This document shows positions 17,079-25,927 of a DNA stretch of 43,693 nt, one piece after another. The notes beneath the pieces were generated by a model, which saw only the letters and a list, made by a program, of their open reading frames with translations, ran no database searches and was not told the origin of the DNA. The position numbers and the translations under genes are program-made. Each line of letters starts with the position of its first letter. Position 1 is the stretch's first letter. Origin of the DNA: a virus (Duplodnaviria > Heunggongvirae > Uroviricota > Caudoviricetes); IMG/VR virus record IMGVR_UViG_2698536506_000010, one strand, 5' to 3'.

Positions 17079-17162
17079 TTTTTTATTTGCGGTACGCCGC
17101 ACACAGAACCCACTACCTGGGACCCTTCGGCCAGAGAGCCGACATTGCCTTACCCTCATCTT

Positions 17163-17187
17163 CCTGGCTTGTCGCCAGGTTTTTTAT
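17163..17187 (+). terminator. Rho-independent terminator (tR'-like)
   Basis: CCTGGC-ttgtc-GCCAGG perfect stem followed by TTTTTTATT. Confidence 0.55.
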
Positions 17188-17285
17188 TCCAGGCCGCAGA
17201 CAATCAATTCCAGATGCCACGTAGCTAACGTGTCTGACGGCCTTTCCCCTACTACCACACAGCACCCCGGAACCGGAGGTGTGGA

Positions 17286-17606
17286 ATGCAACGTATGAAC
17301 CCAACAGATGGACACAATCTGCCTTACTGGTGGTCAACTCTTCTGGGGTTATTTTCCGTTCTCAGTTTACAGGACTACGTCTTTATTCTCGGCGCGCTGG
17401 TCTCTGCATACTTCACGATTAAGACCTATTACGCGAAACGGAAAGAAGAGCGTGAACGGCTGGAAGAAGAAAAGAAACGTACACAGTTACTGGCTAAATA
17501 CCTTGCTGAGGTAAGCGAGAAACCCCACTCCGAACGTCCGGCATCTGCCGAGGTTGTAACGGAGGCAATGCGGAGAATGTCCAGTGGCGAACTTGAAGCT
17601 GAGTAA
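17286..17606 (+). CDS. Holin-like protein with two predicted transmembrane segments (106 aa)
   Basis: Hydrophobic WWSTLLGLFSVLSL and YVFILGALVSAYFTI then a charged tail; GGAGGTG RBS; directly precedes the endolysin. Confidence 0.55.
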   Translation: MQRMNPTDGHNLPYWWSTLLGLFSVLSLQDYVFILGALVSAYFTIKTYYAKRKEERERLEEEKKRTQLLAKYLAEVSEKPHSERPASAEVVTEAMRRMSSGELEAE

Positions 17607-18114
17607 GAAGAGTGGCGCGGCCGGGATCGTTTGTTCAGTGGCTACAATTATCGCAATCGTGATGAATGCGGGCCATGTCAGGACTAACGAGCGCGGGCTG
17701 GAGTTAATCGGCAACGCTGAATCTTGCCGACGTGATCCGTATGTGTGCCCGGCAGGTGTGCTTACTGACGGAATGGGTAATACGCATGGCGTAAAGCTCG
17801 GAACCGTTAAGTCTGACCAGCAGATCGCAGCCGAGTGGGAGCGCAACATCCTTGATGCTGAGTTCTGTGTTAACCGCTACGGGAATGGCAGAAAGCTATC
17901 TGACAATACTTTCTCGGCAGCTGTATCGGTAACGTTTCGTGCTGGCTGCGGAAACATGCGCACCTCCACGATGTTCTCTCTTCTCAGAAGTGGGGATATC
18001 ACGGCGGCATGCAACCAGTTCCCTCGCTGGGTATGGGGGGGAGGCAAGGTTCTGCCTGGTCTGGTTACTCGTGCCGGAAAAGAAGAAGCGCTCTGCCTGG
18101 ACGGTGTGAAATGA
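17584..18114 (+). CDS. Endolysin, lysozyme type with putative N-terminal SAR (signal-anchor-release) segment
   Basis: Gly/Ala-rich hydrophobic N-terminus ([20 protein letters not shown]) followed by lysozyme-like E...C/D...T region; GTG start overlapping the holin end. Confidence 0.75.
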   Translation: MANLKLSKKSGAAGIVCSVATIIAIVMNAGHVRTNERGLELIGNAESCRRDPYVCPAGVLTDGMGNTHGVKLGTVKSDQQIAAEWERNILDAEFCVNRYGNGRKLSDNTFSAAVSVTFRAGCGNMRTSTMFSLLRSGDITAACNQFPRWVWGGGKVLPGLVTRAGKEEALCLDGVK

Positions 18115-18572
18115 GCCGGTTAACAGCAATCATCTGTGCTTTCGTTATATGTCTGCTGGTCTCCATGGACTGGGCGATTAACCATTACCGCGAAAACGCC
18201 ATCACCTACAAAGAACAGCGCGATAAAGCCACTGAGAAACTCAGCCTGGCTAACGCCACCATAAAAGACATGCAGACCCGCCAGCGAGAGGTGGCTGCAC
18301 TGGATGCCAAATACACCGGAGAACTGGCTGATGCGAAAGAAACCATTGAGCGTCTGCATAGCGATGTCATTGCTGGCCGTAAGCGGCTGCAGCTCAACGC
18401 AAACTGTCCCGCGAACGGAACGGCCGGCGCCAGCAGCATGGGCGATGCTTCCGGCCCCCGACTTACTGACTCCGCTGAACGGGATTATTTCACCCTCAGA
18501 GAGCGAATCGTCACAGTGACGAAGCAGGTCGGCTATCTGCAGGACTACATCAAAGAGCAATGTATTGAGTGA
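18111..18572 (+). CDS. Rz: Rz i-spanin
   Basis: Strong similarity to lambda Rz ([16 protein letters not shown]..., [31 protein letters not shown]); ATGA overlap with the endolysin. Confidence 0.9.
   Translation: MSRLTAIICAFVICLLVSMDWAINHYRENAITYKEQRDKATEKLSLANATIKDMQTRQREVAALDAKYTGELADAKETIERLHSDVIAGRKRLQLNANCPANGTAGASSMGDASGPRLTDSAERDYFTLRERIVTVTKQVGYLQDYIKEQCIE
18331..18519 (+). CDS. Rz1: Rz1 o-spanin lipoprotein, embedded in Rz in the +1 frame
   Basis: Lipobox LLAVSGC, Pro-rich, C-terminal [11 protein letters not shown] as in lambda Rz1. Confidence 0.8.
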   Translation: MRKKPLSVCIAMSLLAVSGCSSTQTVPRTERPAPAAWAMLPAPDLLTPLNGIISPSESESSQ

Positions 18573-18635
18573 TTTGGCTTTCAATAATTTGGGAATGTGC
18601 AATATATTAACCACCAAAACTATATGGAGGTTAAT

Positions 18636-19319
18636 ATGTCTGCTTGGGAGTGTCCTTTTTGCGGTAGGTTGGCTGTTTATGATTCAATGCAGAAAAAACG
18701 TGATAGCTTCTCAGTTTCTGGGGATACCAAGTTTGGAGTCCTCGTTTTCGAGTCTTTCGTAAACATCTGCCCAAACCCAGAATGCAAAGAATTTACATAC
18801 ATTACAACGATGTCTACAGGAAAATATCAGGCCGGTTACTATATACCTGATGATCTCCTAGAGACGTGGGTTAACAGGCCTAACGGAATTTTTAAACAGT
18901 TTCCTGATTATGTGCCGAAGCCGATTTTAGATGACTATAAAGAGGCGGTCTTAATCAAAAACCTTTCACCTAAAGCTTCTGCAACTTTGTCACGCAGGTG
19001 TCTTCAAGGAATGATTAGGAGCGTCTGGAATGTTAAGCCCGCGAGACTTGTTGACGAAATAAAAGCCATCGAGGGGCAGATTGAATCGAATGTTTGGAAA
19101 GCAATCGATGCCGTAAGGAATATTGGCAACATTGGCGCTCATATGGAAAATGATATCAATATCATTGTTGATGTCGATCCAGACGAAGCTGAGATGCTGA
19201 TAGGCCTCCTCGAGCTTCTGATTCAAGAGTGGTATGTTGAAAAGCATGAAAGGCAACTACGAATTGACGCCATTACCGCTTTAGCGGCTGAGAAAAAAGC
19301 ATTAAAACAAACAAAATAA
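18636..19319 (+). CDS. Zinc-ribbon plus DUF4145-domain protein, candidate defence or abortive-infection effector (227 aa)
   Basis: N-terminal CPFCG...CPNPEC zinc ribbon; C-terminus matches the DUF4145 pattern (LSPKASATLSRRCLQGMIRSV...AIDAVRNIGNIGAHMEND...DPDEAEMLIGLLELLIQEW); AT-rich relative to the backbone; GGAGG RBS; own terminator. Confidence 0.6.
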   Translation: MSAWECPFCGRLAVYDSMQKKRDSFSVSGDTKFGVLVFESFVNICPNPECKEFTYITTMSTGKYQAGYYIPDDLLETWVNRPNGIFKQFPDYVPKPILDDYKEAVLIKNLSPKASATLSRRCLQGMIRSVWNVKPARLVDEIKAIEGQIESNVWKAIDAVRNIGNIGAHMENDINIIVDVDPDEAEMLIGLLELLIQEWYVEKHERQLRIDAITALAAEKKALKQTK

Positions 19320-19341
19320 ACCGCCTACGGGCGGTTTTTTG
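19318..19341 (+). terminator. Rho-independent terminator, possibly bidirectional
   Basis: CCGCC-tacg-GGCGG hairpin flanked by an A-run upstream and TTTTTT downstream. Confidence 0.6.
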
Positions 19342-19406
19342 TTGCCATCACCATGGGGTAGCCCATCGTAATGGCAATATCCACATAAGCGGATAGAGAG
19401 GCCTCA

Positions 19407-19610
19407 ATGTCCGACACCTACCAAATCACTATCACCACTACATCGAAAGATACGTTCACTGGCACGATGAATCGAAGCCAGCCTGAAATCGTTAATGGGT
19501 TCGTGGCATTGGCTACCGACACGGGTGAATGGCGTTACTTTCGGCCGGACAGCGTGGAGCAGTTCCACTTTGTACCAGTGTTAGAAGAAAAAGCATCAGA
19601 GGACGCTTAG
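19407..19610 (+). CDS. Hypothetical small protein (67 aa) in the accessory island
   Basis: GAGAGG RBS; Thr-rich N-terminus; no family recognised. Confidence 0.4.
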   Translation: MSDTYQITITTTSKDTFTGTMNRSQPEIVNGFVALATDTGEWRYFRPDSVEQFHFVPVLEEKASEDA

Positions 19611-19633
19611 TTGCCGCCCCCTGATGGGATTTG

Positions 19634-19807
19634 TTACTGATCTACCATTACACTATGAATAGTAAGGCCGTTCTTATCTTTGAAAACCACCGTTAAAGGC
19701 AATTCTTTGTCTTGTTCTGGGTTCCCTGTTTTGAGAGAGAGGACATCAATTTTCAATTCATAATTCCCAGTACTGATAAGCATTTTTGCGAAGTCTTCGA
19801 GTGTCAT
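19634..19807 (-). CDS. Hypothetical small protein (57 aa), AT-rich, minus strand
   Basis: Perfect AGGAGG RBS 5 nt before the internal ATG at 19807 (track start is TTG); convergent with the 19407 ORF. Confidence 0.4.
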   Translation of the reverse strand: MTLEDFAKMLISTGNYELKIDVLSLKTGNPEQDKELPLTVVFKDKNGLTIHSVMVDQ

Positions 19808-19865
19808 TATTCCTCCTGTTAAAACCATATTATCGGGAAGTGGCACATAACCTTTAAGGAAATAT

Positions 19866-20303
19866 ATGGCGACCAAACAAAAAACTGGCCGCCCTTCTGA
19901 TTATTTACCAGAGGTGGCTGCTGACATCTGCTCACTGCTTGCCGATGGGGAAAGCCTGCGCAAAGTTTGTGATCGACCAGGGATGCCTAACAAGGCGACG
20001 GTGTTCCGCTGGCTGGCGCAGCATGCAGAGTTTCGCGACCAATACGCGAAAGCCACTGAGACACGCGCTGATGCGATTTTCGAAGATATGTTCGATATTG
20101 CTGACGGTGTGAATGAAGAGGCTGCCGCAGTAGCTAAAGCACGTCTTCGCATTGACACGCGAAAATGGGCCCTGGCCCGCATGAACCCGAAGAAGTACGG
20201 CGACAAAGTCAGCCAGGAAATCGACCACAAATCATCTGACGGAACCATGACCCCAAAGCCAACAATCATCCAGCTACTACCTGTTGAGCCAAAGCATGAG
20301 TAA
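19866..20303 (+). CDS. terS: Terminase small subunit
   Basis: Immediately upstream of and overlapping the large terminase; HTH-like N-terminus (GRPSDYLPEVAADICSLLADGESLRKVC). Confidence 0.7.
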   Translation: MATKQKTGRPSDYLPEVAADICSLLADGESLRKVCDRPGMPNKATVFRWLAQHAEFRDQYAKATETRADAIFEDMFDIADGVNEEAAAVAKARLRIDTRKWALARMNPKKYGDKVSQEIDHKSSDGTMTPKPTIIQLLPVEPKHE

Positions 20304-21543
20304 CGCCGTTCAACTGCCGATCCCCGCCAAGCTTGCACCACTGTTCACCGCCGTGAATAAGCGTTACCGGTGCTCTCACGGCGGACGCGGTAGCGCCAAG
20401 ACGCGCACATTTGCGCTGATGACTGCAGTTAAGGCGTATCAGTCGATGATGAACGGTGAAAGCGGCGTAGTGCTCTGTGCGCGTGAATTCATGAACTCGC
20501 TGGAAGAGTCGAGTATGCAGGAGGTGAAACAGGCGATCCTGTCTGTACCGTGGCTGGCTTCCAACTTTGATATCGGCGAGAAGTACATCCGCACCATCGA
20601 CAAGAGCGTTAACTACGTGTTCTGCGGTCTGCGGCATAACCTCGACAGCATCAAGTCGAAAGCGCGCATCCTGCTGTGCTGGGTTGATGAAGCGGAATCA
20701 GTCAGCGAAATTGCCTGGCAGAAGCTGAGCCCGACCGTTCGTGAAGAGGGGTCAGAGATTTGGGTGACGTGGAACCCGGAGCGAGACGGTAGCGCCACGG
20801 ATAAGCGTTTCCGCAAAGAGGCAGGCGACGACTGCATCACCGTTGAAATGAACTATACGGATAACCCGTGGTTCCCTGATGTGCTGGAAGGCGAGCGACA
20901 GAACGATCAGCGCCGCCTCGACCCGGCAACATACGCATGGGTGTGGGAAGGGGCTTATCTCGAAAACTCCGATAAGCAGGTACTGGCCGGGAAATACCGG
21001 ATTGCTGAGTTCTCGGACCAACTATGGAAAGAGGCCGAACGTCTGTTCTTCGGTGCTGACTTCGGTTTCGCCAAAGACCCTAACACGTTGGTGCGTTCGT
21101 TCATCCTGCATAACCGGCTGTACATCGAATACGAGGCATACGGTCAGCAAACTGAGCTCGACCACATGCCAAAGCTGTACGACACGATTCCAGGTGCGCG
21201 TGACTGGCCCATTAAAGCCGACTCCGCTCGACCCGAGACGATCAGCTATCTAAAGCGGCAGGGCTTCAACATCTCAGCCGCTGAGAAATGGCAAGGAAGC
21301 GTTGAGGACGGGATCGCACACCTTCGCGGATTCGACGAAATCATTATCCATCCGCGCTGCAAGAATGTGGCGCGAGAGGCCCGCATGTGGTCGTACAAAA
21401 CAGACCGCATTACTGGCGAGGTGCTGCCGAAACTGGCCGACGGCTATGAACACTGCTGGGACGGTATCCGCTACAGCCTAGACGGGCACATTAAGCGTAA
21501 AGGCCAGATGGCCGGGATGATGATCCCAAAACGGCTGCGATAA
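20296..21543 (+). CDS. terL: Terminase large subunit (ATPase/nuclease)
   Basis: Walker A-like CSHGGRGSAKT, Walker B-like LLCWVDEAE, C-terminal nuclease-like region; ATG at 20296 (track start is TTG). Confidence 0.85.
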   Translation: MSNAVQLPIPAKLAPLFTAVNKRYRCSHGGRGSAKTRTFALMTAVKAYQSMMNGESGVVLCAREFMNSLEESSMQEVKQAILSVPWLASNFDIGEKYIRTIDKSVNYVFCGLRHNLDSIKSKARILLCWVDEAESVSEIAWQKLSPTVREEGSEIWVTWNPERDGSATDKRFRKEAGDDCITVEMNYTDNPWFPDVLEGERQNDQRRLDPATYAWVWEGAYLENSDKQVLAGKYRIAEFSDQLWKEAERLFFGADFGFAKDPNTLVRSFILHNRLYIEYEAYGQQTELDHMPKLYDTIPGARDWPIKADSARPETISYLKRQGFNISAAEKWQGSVEDGIAHLRGFDEIIIHPRCKNVAREARMWSYKTDRITGEVLPKLADGYEHCWDGIRYSLDGHIKRKGQMAGMMIPKRLR

Positions 21544-21544
21544 T

Positions 21545-21573
21545 TTGTACGAATACCAAGCGAAGTCATAATT
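21545..21573 (+). promoter_or_regulatory. Candidate sigma-70 promoter (TTGTAC-N17-ATAATT) for the 21603 moron
   Basis: Good -35/-10 spacing about 30 nt upstream of the moron start. Confidence 0.4.
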
Positions 21574-21602
21574 AAACTCCCGCCATATGATTCGGAGGTT
21601 TT

Positions 21603-21836
21603 ATGCATAGCTTTGAGCACTTGGTTGCAGAAATAAGAGAAGAGTTAAGGCTTAGAGGGCTTGAGCATTCATCGCTAATTTTTACTAAGCTTGCTCAGCA
21701 ATACGCCCCTTACTATCAATCATTCGAACCTGAAAGAAAAGAGGCGTTACTGCTAAAGCTTAAGGCGCTTGAGAGAAGCGTGGGGCTACAGAAACCATTT
21801 GATTGGGAATCAGCCCTCTCAACGAAAAAAGAATAG
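21603..21836 (+). CDS. Hypothetical small protein (77 aa), moron between terminase and portal
   Basis: GGAGG RBS, own candidate promoter and terminator, AT-richer than flanking structural genes. Confidence 0.45.
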   Translation: MHSFEHLVAEIREELRLRGLEHSSLIFTKLAQQYAPYYQSFEPERKEALLLKLKALERSVGLQKPFDWESALSTKKE

Positions 21837-21857
21837 GTCGCTCAGGCGGCCTTTTTT
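21836..21857 (+). terminator. Rho-independent terminator after the moron
   Basis: GGTCGC-tcag-GCGGCC hairpin (one G-U pair) followed by TTTTTT. Confidence 0.5.
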
Positions 21858-21886
21858 ATTGCCATAAATCCACCACCGGACAATCC

Positions 21887-23236
21887 ATGAATGACAAATT
21901 AACTCTCGCCGTCAACCATGCGTTGAACGATGCGCGGATGGCTCGCGCCCGTATGGGGCTGATGGCGCCTACAATGGGGCTGGACAACAAGCGCCACTCT
22001 GCATGGTGCGAGTATGGATTCCCTGAGCAGGTAACCTACGAAAACCTTTATGCCCTGTACCGACGCGGTGGTATTGCCCACGGCGCAGTAGAGAAACTGG
22101 TGGGCAAGTGCTGGCAGACTAACCCGGAAATCATCGAGGGTGATCAGGCAGACAAAAAGCGCAAAGAAACCGCCTGGGAGAAAAAGGCCAAACAGGTATT
22201 CACCAACCGATTCTGGCGCTCATTCTCTGAGGCCGATCGCCGTCGTCTGGTGGGCCGTTATGCTGGCATCCTTCTGCACGTCCGCGATGAAAAAGACTGG
22301 AACCTTCCGGTAACCAAAGGGCGAGGTCTTCAGAAAATATCGGTGGCGTGGGCAGGATCGCTTACGGTGAGCGAGTGGGACACTGGCCTGAACTCGAAGA
22401 CGTACGGCCAGCCTCAGATGTGGCAGTACGCCGAACGCTTGCCGAATGGTTCAAGTCGCCGCGTCAATATCCACCCCGATCGCGTTTTCATCCTTGGTGA
22501 TTACTCAGACGATGCTATTGGCTTCCTTGAGCCAGCTTATAACGCCTTTGTAAGCCTGGAGAAGGTAGAGGGTGGATCCGGCGAGTCATTCCTGAAGAAC
22601 GCCGCGCGCCAGCTTAATGTCAACTTTGAGAAGGAAATCGACTTCAACAATCTTGCGTCACTTTATGGCGTGAGCATTGACGAGTTGCAGGATAAGTTTA
22701 ACGAAGTTGCCGGGGAAATGAACCGTGGCAACGATGTTTTGATGACAACCCAAGGGGCCACGGTCACACCGCTGGTGACTGCTGTAGCTGATCCTTCAGC
22801 GACCTATAACGTCAACCTGCAAACGGCTGCCGCCGGTGTTGATATCCCGACGCGCATTCTGGTTGGTAATCAGCAGGCCGAGCGCTCCAGCACCGAAGAC
22901 CAGAAATACTTTAATGCTCGTTGTCAGTCGCGACGCGTAGACCTCTCTTTCGAAATAGAGGACTTCTGCGACAAGCTTATCGATCTACAAATCGTAGACT
23001 CAGTCAGTCAGAAGGCTGTTATCTGGGATGACCTTAACGAACAGACCGGTACTGAGAAGCTCACTAACGCCAAGACCATGGGCGAAATTAACCAGACCAT
23101 GCAGGGCAGCGGCGAAGAGCCAGCGTTCAGCCGTGAAGAGATTCGTACAGCTGCGGGTTATGACAATGACGACGAAGAGCCGTTAGGAGAAGAGGATGGC
23201 GACGAACAAGACGAAGCCACCAATTCTACCGCGTAA
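21887..23236 (+). CDS. Putative portal protein (449 aa)
   Basis: Large protein immediately after the terminase with an acidic C-terminal tail; start placed after the moron terminator; assignment mainly positional. Confidence 0.6.
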   Translation: MNDKLTLAVNHALNDARMARARMGLMAPTMGLDNKRHSAWCEYGFPEQVTYENLYALYRRGGIAHGAVEKLVGKCWQTNPEIIEGDQADKKRKETAWEKKAKQVFTNRFWRSFSEADRRRLVGRYAGILLHVRDEKDWNLPVTKGRGLQKISVAWAGSLTVSEWDTGLNSKTYGQPQMWQYAERLPNGSSRRVNIHPDRVFILGDYSDDAIGFLEPAYNAFVSLEKVEGGSGESFLKNAARQLNVNFEKEIDFNNLASLYGVSIDELQDKFNEVAGEMNRGNDVLMTTQGATVTPLVTAVADPSATYNVNLQTAAAGVDIPTRILVGNQQAERSSTEDQKYFNARCQSRRVDLSFEIEDFCDKLIDLQIVDSVSQKAVIWDDLNEQTGTEKLTNAKTMGEINQTMQGSGEEPAFSREEIRTAAGYDNDDEEPLGEEDGDEQDEATNSTA

Positions 23237-24122
23237 CTATCAGGATCCTACCGGAGCCGATGCGCTGGAACGACGGACAATGAAAGACTTCGCCAGGCGG
23301 ATGAAAAAGATTGGCAAGGCGTACAAATCAGCACTCGACAAAATACCTTCCTCCCTCGCAGTAAACGCCAGATACGAATACCAGTTAAACCCAACGCTAC
23401 TCTCCATCATCCTGAACGATGCCAGTTACCTGGTGGATCAGGTGCTGCTTGAAGGTGGCGATTATGACCTGTGGTTTTACGAGTACATCGATCTGGCTTC
23501 GGAGAAGGGGACCGGGCAGTCATTCTACAACCTCAGCCAGCAGTCGCCGGTGTACGCCGCCGGTCGTGAGTCGCTGGCCTCCATCCTCGCAAGCGACCCT
23601 TACCAGCAACGCATGGCGCTGGTGCATGCCCGTGTGTTTGAGGAAATGAAGGGGCTGACGGCTGACGTTAAGCGCGACATGGCGCGCGTGCTGACTGATG
23701 GTGTGGGGCGCGGTCTCAATCCGCTGGACATTGCCCGCAACCTCACAGAACAGACCGGCATCGAGAAGCGCCGGGCGAACCGGATAGCGCGCACTGAAGT
23801 GACTACCGCGCTGCGCCGGGCCAAGTGGGATGAAGACCAGGAGGCGAATGACCTCTTCGGCCTGAAAACTCTGCTGGTTCACATCTCGGCTCTGTCGCCG
23901 ACAACGCGACATACCCACGCAGTGCGCCATGCCCACCTCTACACCAACGAAGAGGTGCGTGACTGGTACAGCAAAGATGGCAACTCCATCAACTGCAAAT
24001 GCAGCCAGCAGTCGGTGCTGGTGGATGCGGACGGCAAGCCGGAATACCCGGACACCATTACCAAACTCAAACAGGAATATAAATCGATGCAGGCGCGCGG
24101 TTACGCCTGGGCGGAGAAATAA
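23196..24122 (+). CDS. Head morphogenesis protein (Mu gpF / SPP1 gp7-like minor head protein)
   Basis: Follows the portal; strong AGGAGAAGAGG RBS; minor-head-protein-like motifs (RIARTEVTTALRRAKWDE). Confidence 0.6.
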   Translation: MATNKTKPPILPRNYQDPTGADALERRTMKDFARRMKKIGKAYKSALDKIPSSLAVNARYEYQLNPTLLSIILNDASYLVDQVLLEGGDYDLWFYEYIDLASEKGTGQSFYNLSQQSPVYAAGRESLASILASDPYQQRMALVHARVFEEMKGLTADVKRDMARVLTDGVGRGLNPLDIARNLTEQTGIEKRRANRIARTEVTTALRRAKWDEDQEANDLFGLKTLLVHISALSPTTRHTHAVRHAHLYTNEEVRDWYSKDGNSINCKCSQQSVLVDADGKPEYPDTITKLKQEYKSMQARGYAWAEK

Positions 24123-24125
24123 CCT

Positions 24126-25448
24126 ATGAAATTCCAGGTAAACCACGAAGCAAAGCGTCCGATCCCGGCACCGCAAAATGGTGAGCATATTCAGGTCAAC
24201 ATCACCACGAAGGTGAACAGCCAGTCTATCCGGCGCGAAACACATAACGGTCGTGAGCATCTGGTGCTGCCGAGCTACACGCTGCCGGCGAACGTCGTCA
24301 TGAATGGCGGGCTGTACACAGAAGATGAAATCAACGCCCACTATCAGGGGCTGGAAGGCACGCTCGCGCCGCTGGGTCATCCACAGGTTAACGGTCAGTT
24401 CGTGTCGGCCTTCTCTCCTGAAGGTCTTAACGTCGGCTACGTAGGCGCGTGGAACCGTAACGTTAAGAAGTCCGGCAATCGTATCTACGTAGAAAAATGG
24501 GTGGATGTGGCTCGAGCTGAAGAGTCGGAAGGCGGGCGAGAACTACTTGAGCGCGTCGCTGCCATTGAGCGTGGAGATGACGTGCCGCCGATTCATACCA
24601 GCGTGGCCGCTTTCCTCGACCAACTTGAACCGAACGAACAGCAACGCGCTACCGGCGCCGACTGGGTGGCGAAGATTCACAGCATGGACCATGACGCCAT
24701 TCTGCTGCATGAGGTTGGCGCGGCGACACCAGAGCAGGGCGTGGGCCTGATGGTCAACGCAGACCTCGCGCAGCCTCTGAGGGCTAATTCAGGCGCGTTG
24801 GTGGGTGAATCCTACAGGGAGCGCGAACAGCGTCTCGATCGCGCAGCCAAAGCGAAGTTTGCGGCGGGCGCGGATGAATACGCCTGGATTGCTGATTTTA
24901 CTGACTCGCAAGCTGTAATCATCCGCAACGGCGGCAGCGCTGAGGTGTTTGGCTACAAGTCTGATGGTGGGGTAATCACCTTCGACGATACCGGCACCGC
25001 AGTCGCACGACAGGAGTCGTGGGTGGCTGTCGTTACTAACAAACTAAAAGCTCTATTCACACCGCAGGAACAGCCTGCACCAAACCACAAAACGGAGGGC
25101 GACATGCCTTTAACCAAAGAAGAACTGGAACAAATCGGCAGCATGATCGGCCAGGCTGTTGCGACCAATACTGAAGCGGCTATTAAGCCTCTCGCGGAAA
25201 AGGTTGATGCGCTACAGGCCAACCAGAAGCAACTCGCTGACACCCTGACCGCCAACTCACGCGCTGAAGAGAAAGCCAAACGTGATGCGGTTGCCAAGGT
25301 CCATGGCGACATCGTGGCCAACGCGCTTTCTGGCGATGCGCTGGACGCAATGTTCAAGTCGCTGGGCGAAGCTGCTCCGCTGGGCACCAACAATGCTCAA
25401 CAGCACAAAGAAACCGGCGCACCTGCCGCAGACGAACACTTCAAGTAA
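24126..25448 (+). CDS. Putative capsid scaffolding protein (440 aa)
   Basis: Between head morphogenesis and capsid genes; coiled-coil-rich C-terminus (LAEKVDALQANQKQLADTLTANSRAEEKAKRD). Confidence 0.4.
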   Translation: MKFQVNHEAKRPIPAPQNGEHIQVNITTKVNSQSIRRETHNGREHLVLPSYTLPANVVMNGGLYTEDEINAHYQGLEGTLAPLGHPQVNGQFVSAFSPEGLNVGYVGAWNRNVKKSGNRIYVEKWVDVARAEESEGGRELLERVAAIERGDDVPPIHTSVAAFLDQLEPNEQQRATGADWVAKIHSMDHDAILLHEVGAATPEQGVGLMVNADLAQPLRANSGALVGESYREREQRLDRAAKAKFAAGADEYAWIADFTDSQAVIIRNGGSAEVFGYKSDGGVITFDDTGTAVARQESWVAVVTNKLKALFTPQEQPAPNHKTEGDMPLTKEELEQIGSMIGQAVATNTEAAIKPLAEKVDALQANQKQLADTLTANSRAEEKAKRDAVAKVHGDIVANALSGDALDAMFKSLGEAAPLGTNNAQQHKETGAPAADEHFK

Positions 25449-25460
25449 GGAGCCGGAATA

Positions 25461-25910
25461 ATGCCACGTTATCGTCGCGTTAATATCGACGGTCAGTCTC
25501 TGTACAAGACCGAAACCCGCACTACGGCCGCAGCGCTACTTCCGGGTACCGCCGCAACCATCAACTCCTCAGATGAATTCGCTCAGGCCACTGCGCTAAC
25601 CGGACGCCTGTACATCATCGATGTCGGTTACCACCAGGGCCTGACAATCACCGAAGAAATCCCTGCCGGGGATTCGGCAGTAGGTAACTACGTCGAAGAA
25701 GGTCGTGAGCTGGCGCTGCGTTGCCTGCCTGGTGCGTATAAAAAAGACAGCCCGATCAAGCTGGGCACTGCCGGTCAGTTTACCCTGGCAACCGATGACA
25801 CTGATTCAGTGATCGGATACAGCCAGGATGAATACACCATCGCGGCCAGCACTACCGACTTCATCCGCGTGCGCATGCGCGTTGGCACTGCCGCCGCTGC
25901 TGGCGCGTAA
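25461..25910 (+). CDS. Putative capsid-associated structural protein (149 aa)
   Basis: Small ORF immediately upstream of the major capsid gene. Confidence 0.4.
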   Translation: MPRYRRVNIDGQSLYKTETRTTAAALLPGTAATINSSDEFAQATALTGRLYIIDVGYHQGLTITEEIPAGDSAVGNYVEEGRELALRCLPGAYKKDSPIKLGTAGQFTLATDDTDSVIGYSQDEYTIAASTTDFIRVRMRVGTAAAAGA

Positions 25911-25927
25911 CAAAAGGACAAAAACAT

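Noticed and set aside
16997-17286. tRNA gene(s) between Q and the lysis genes
   Set aside because: No cloverleaf-compatible sequence or T-arm consensus (GTTCGAATC-like) was seen; the hairpins present are better explained as intrinsic terminators. Not excluded without a covariance-model search.
21803-21886. Upstream extension of the portal ORF (track start 21803)
   Set aside because: The extension overlaps the moron ORF and its terminator hairpin; the internal ATG at 21887 after the terminator is more plausible.
23520-24380. 286-aa minus-strand ORF antisense to the head morphogenesis gene; similar long antisense ORFs at 3072..3869 (plus), 5155..5631 (plus), 10503..11000 (minus), 26474..27088 (minus), 28770..29237 (minus), 32033..32554 (minus), 33335..33832 (minus)
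   Set aside because: They lie entirely opposite well-supported genes with recognisable homology, have Arg/Ala/Ser-rich low-complexity translations typical of antisense frames in GC-rich DNA, and lack RBSs; treated as shadow ORFs.
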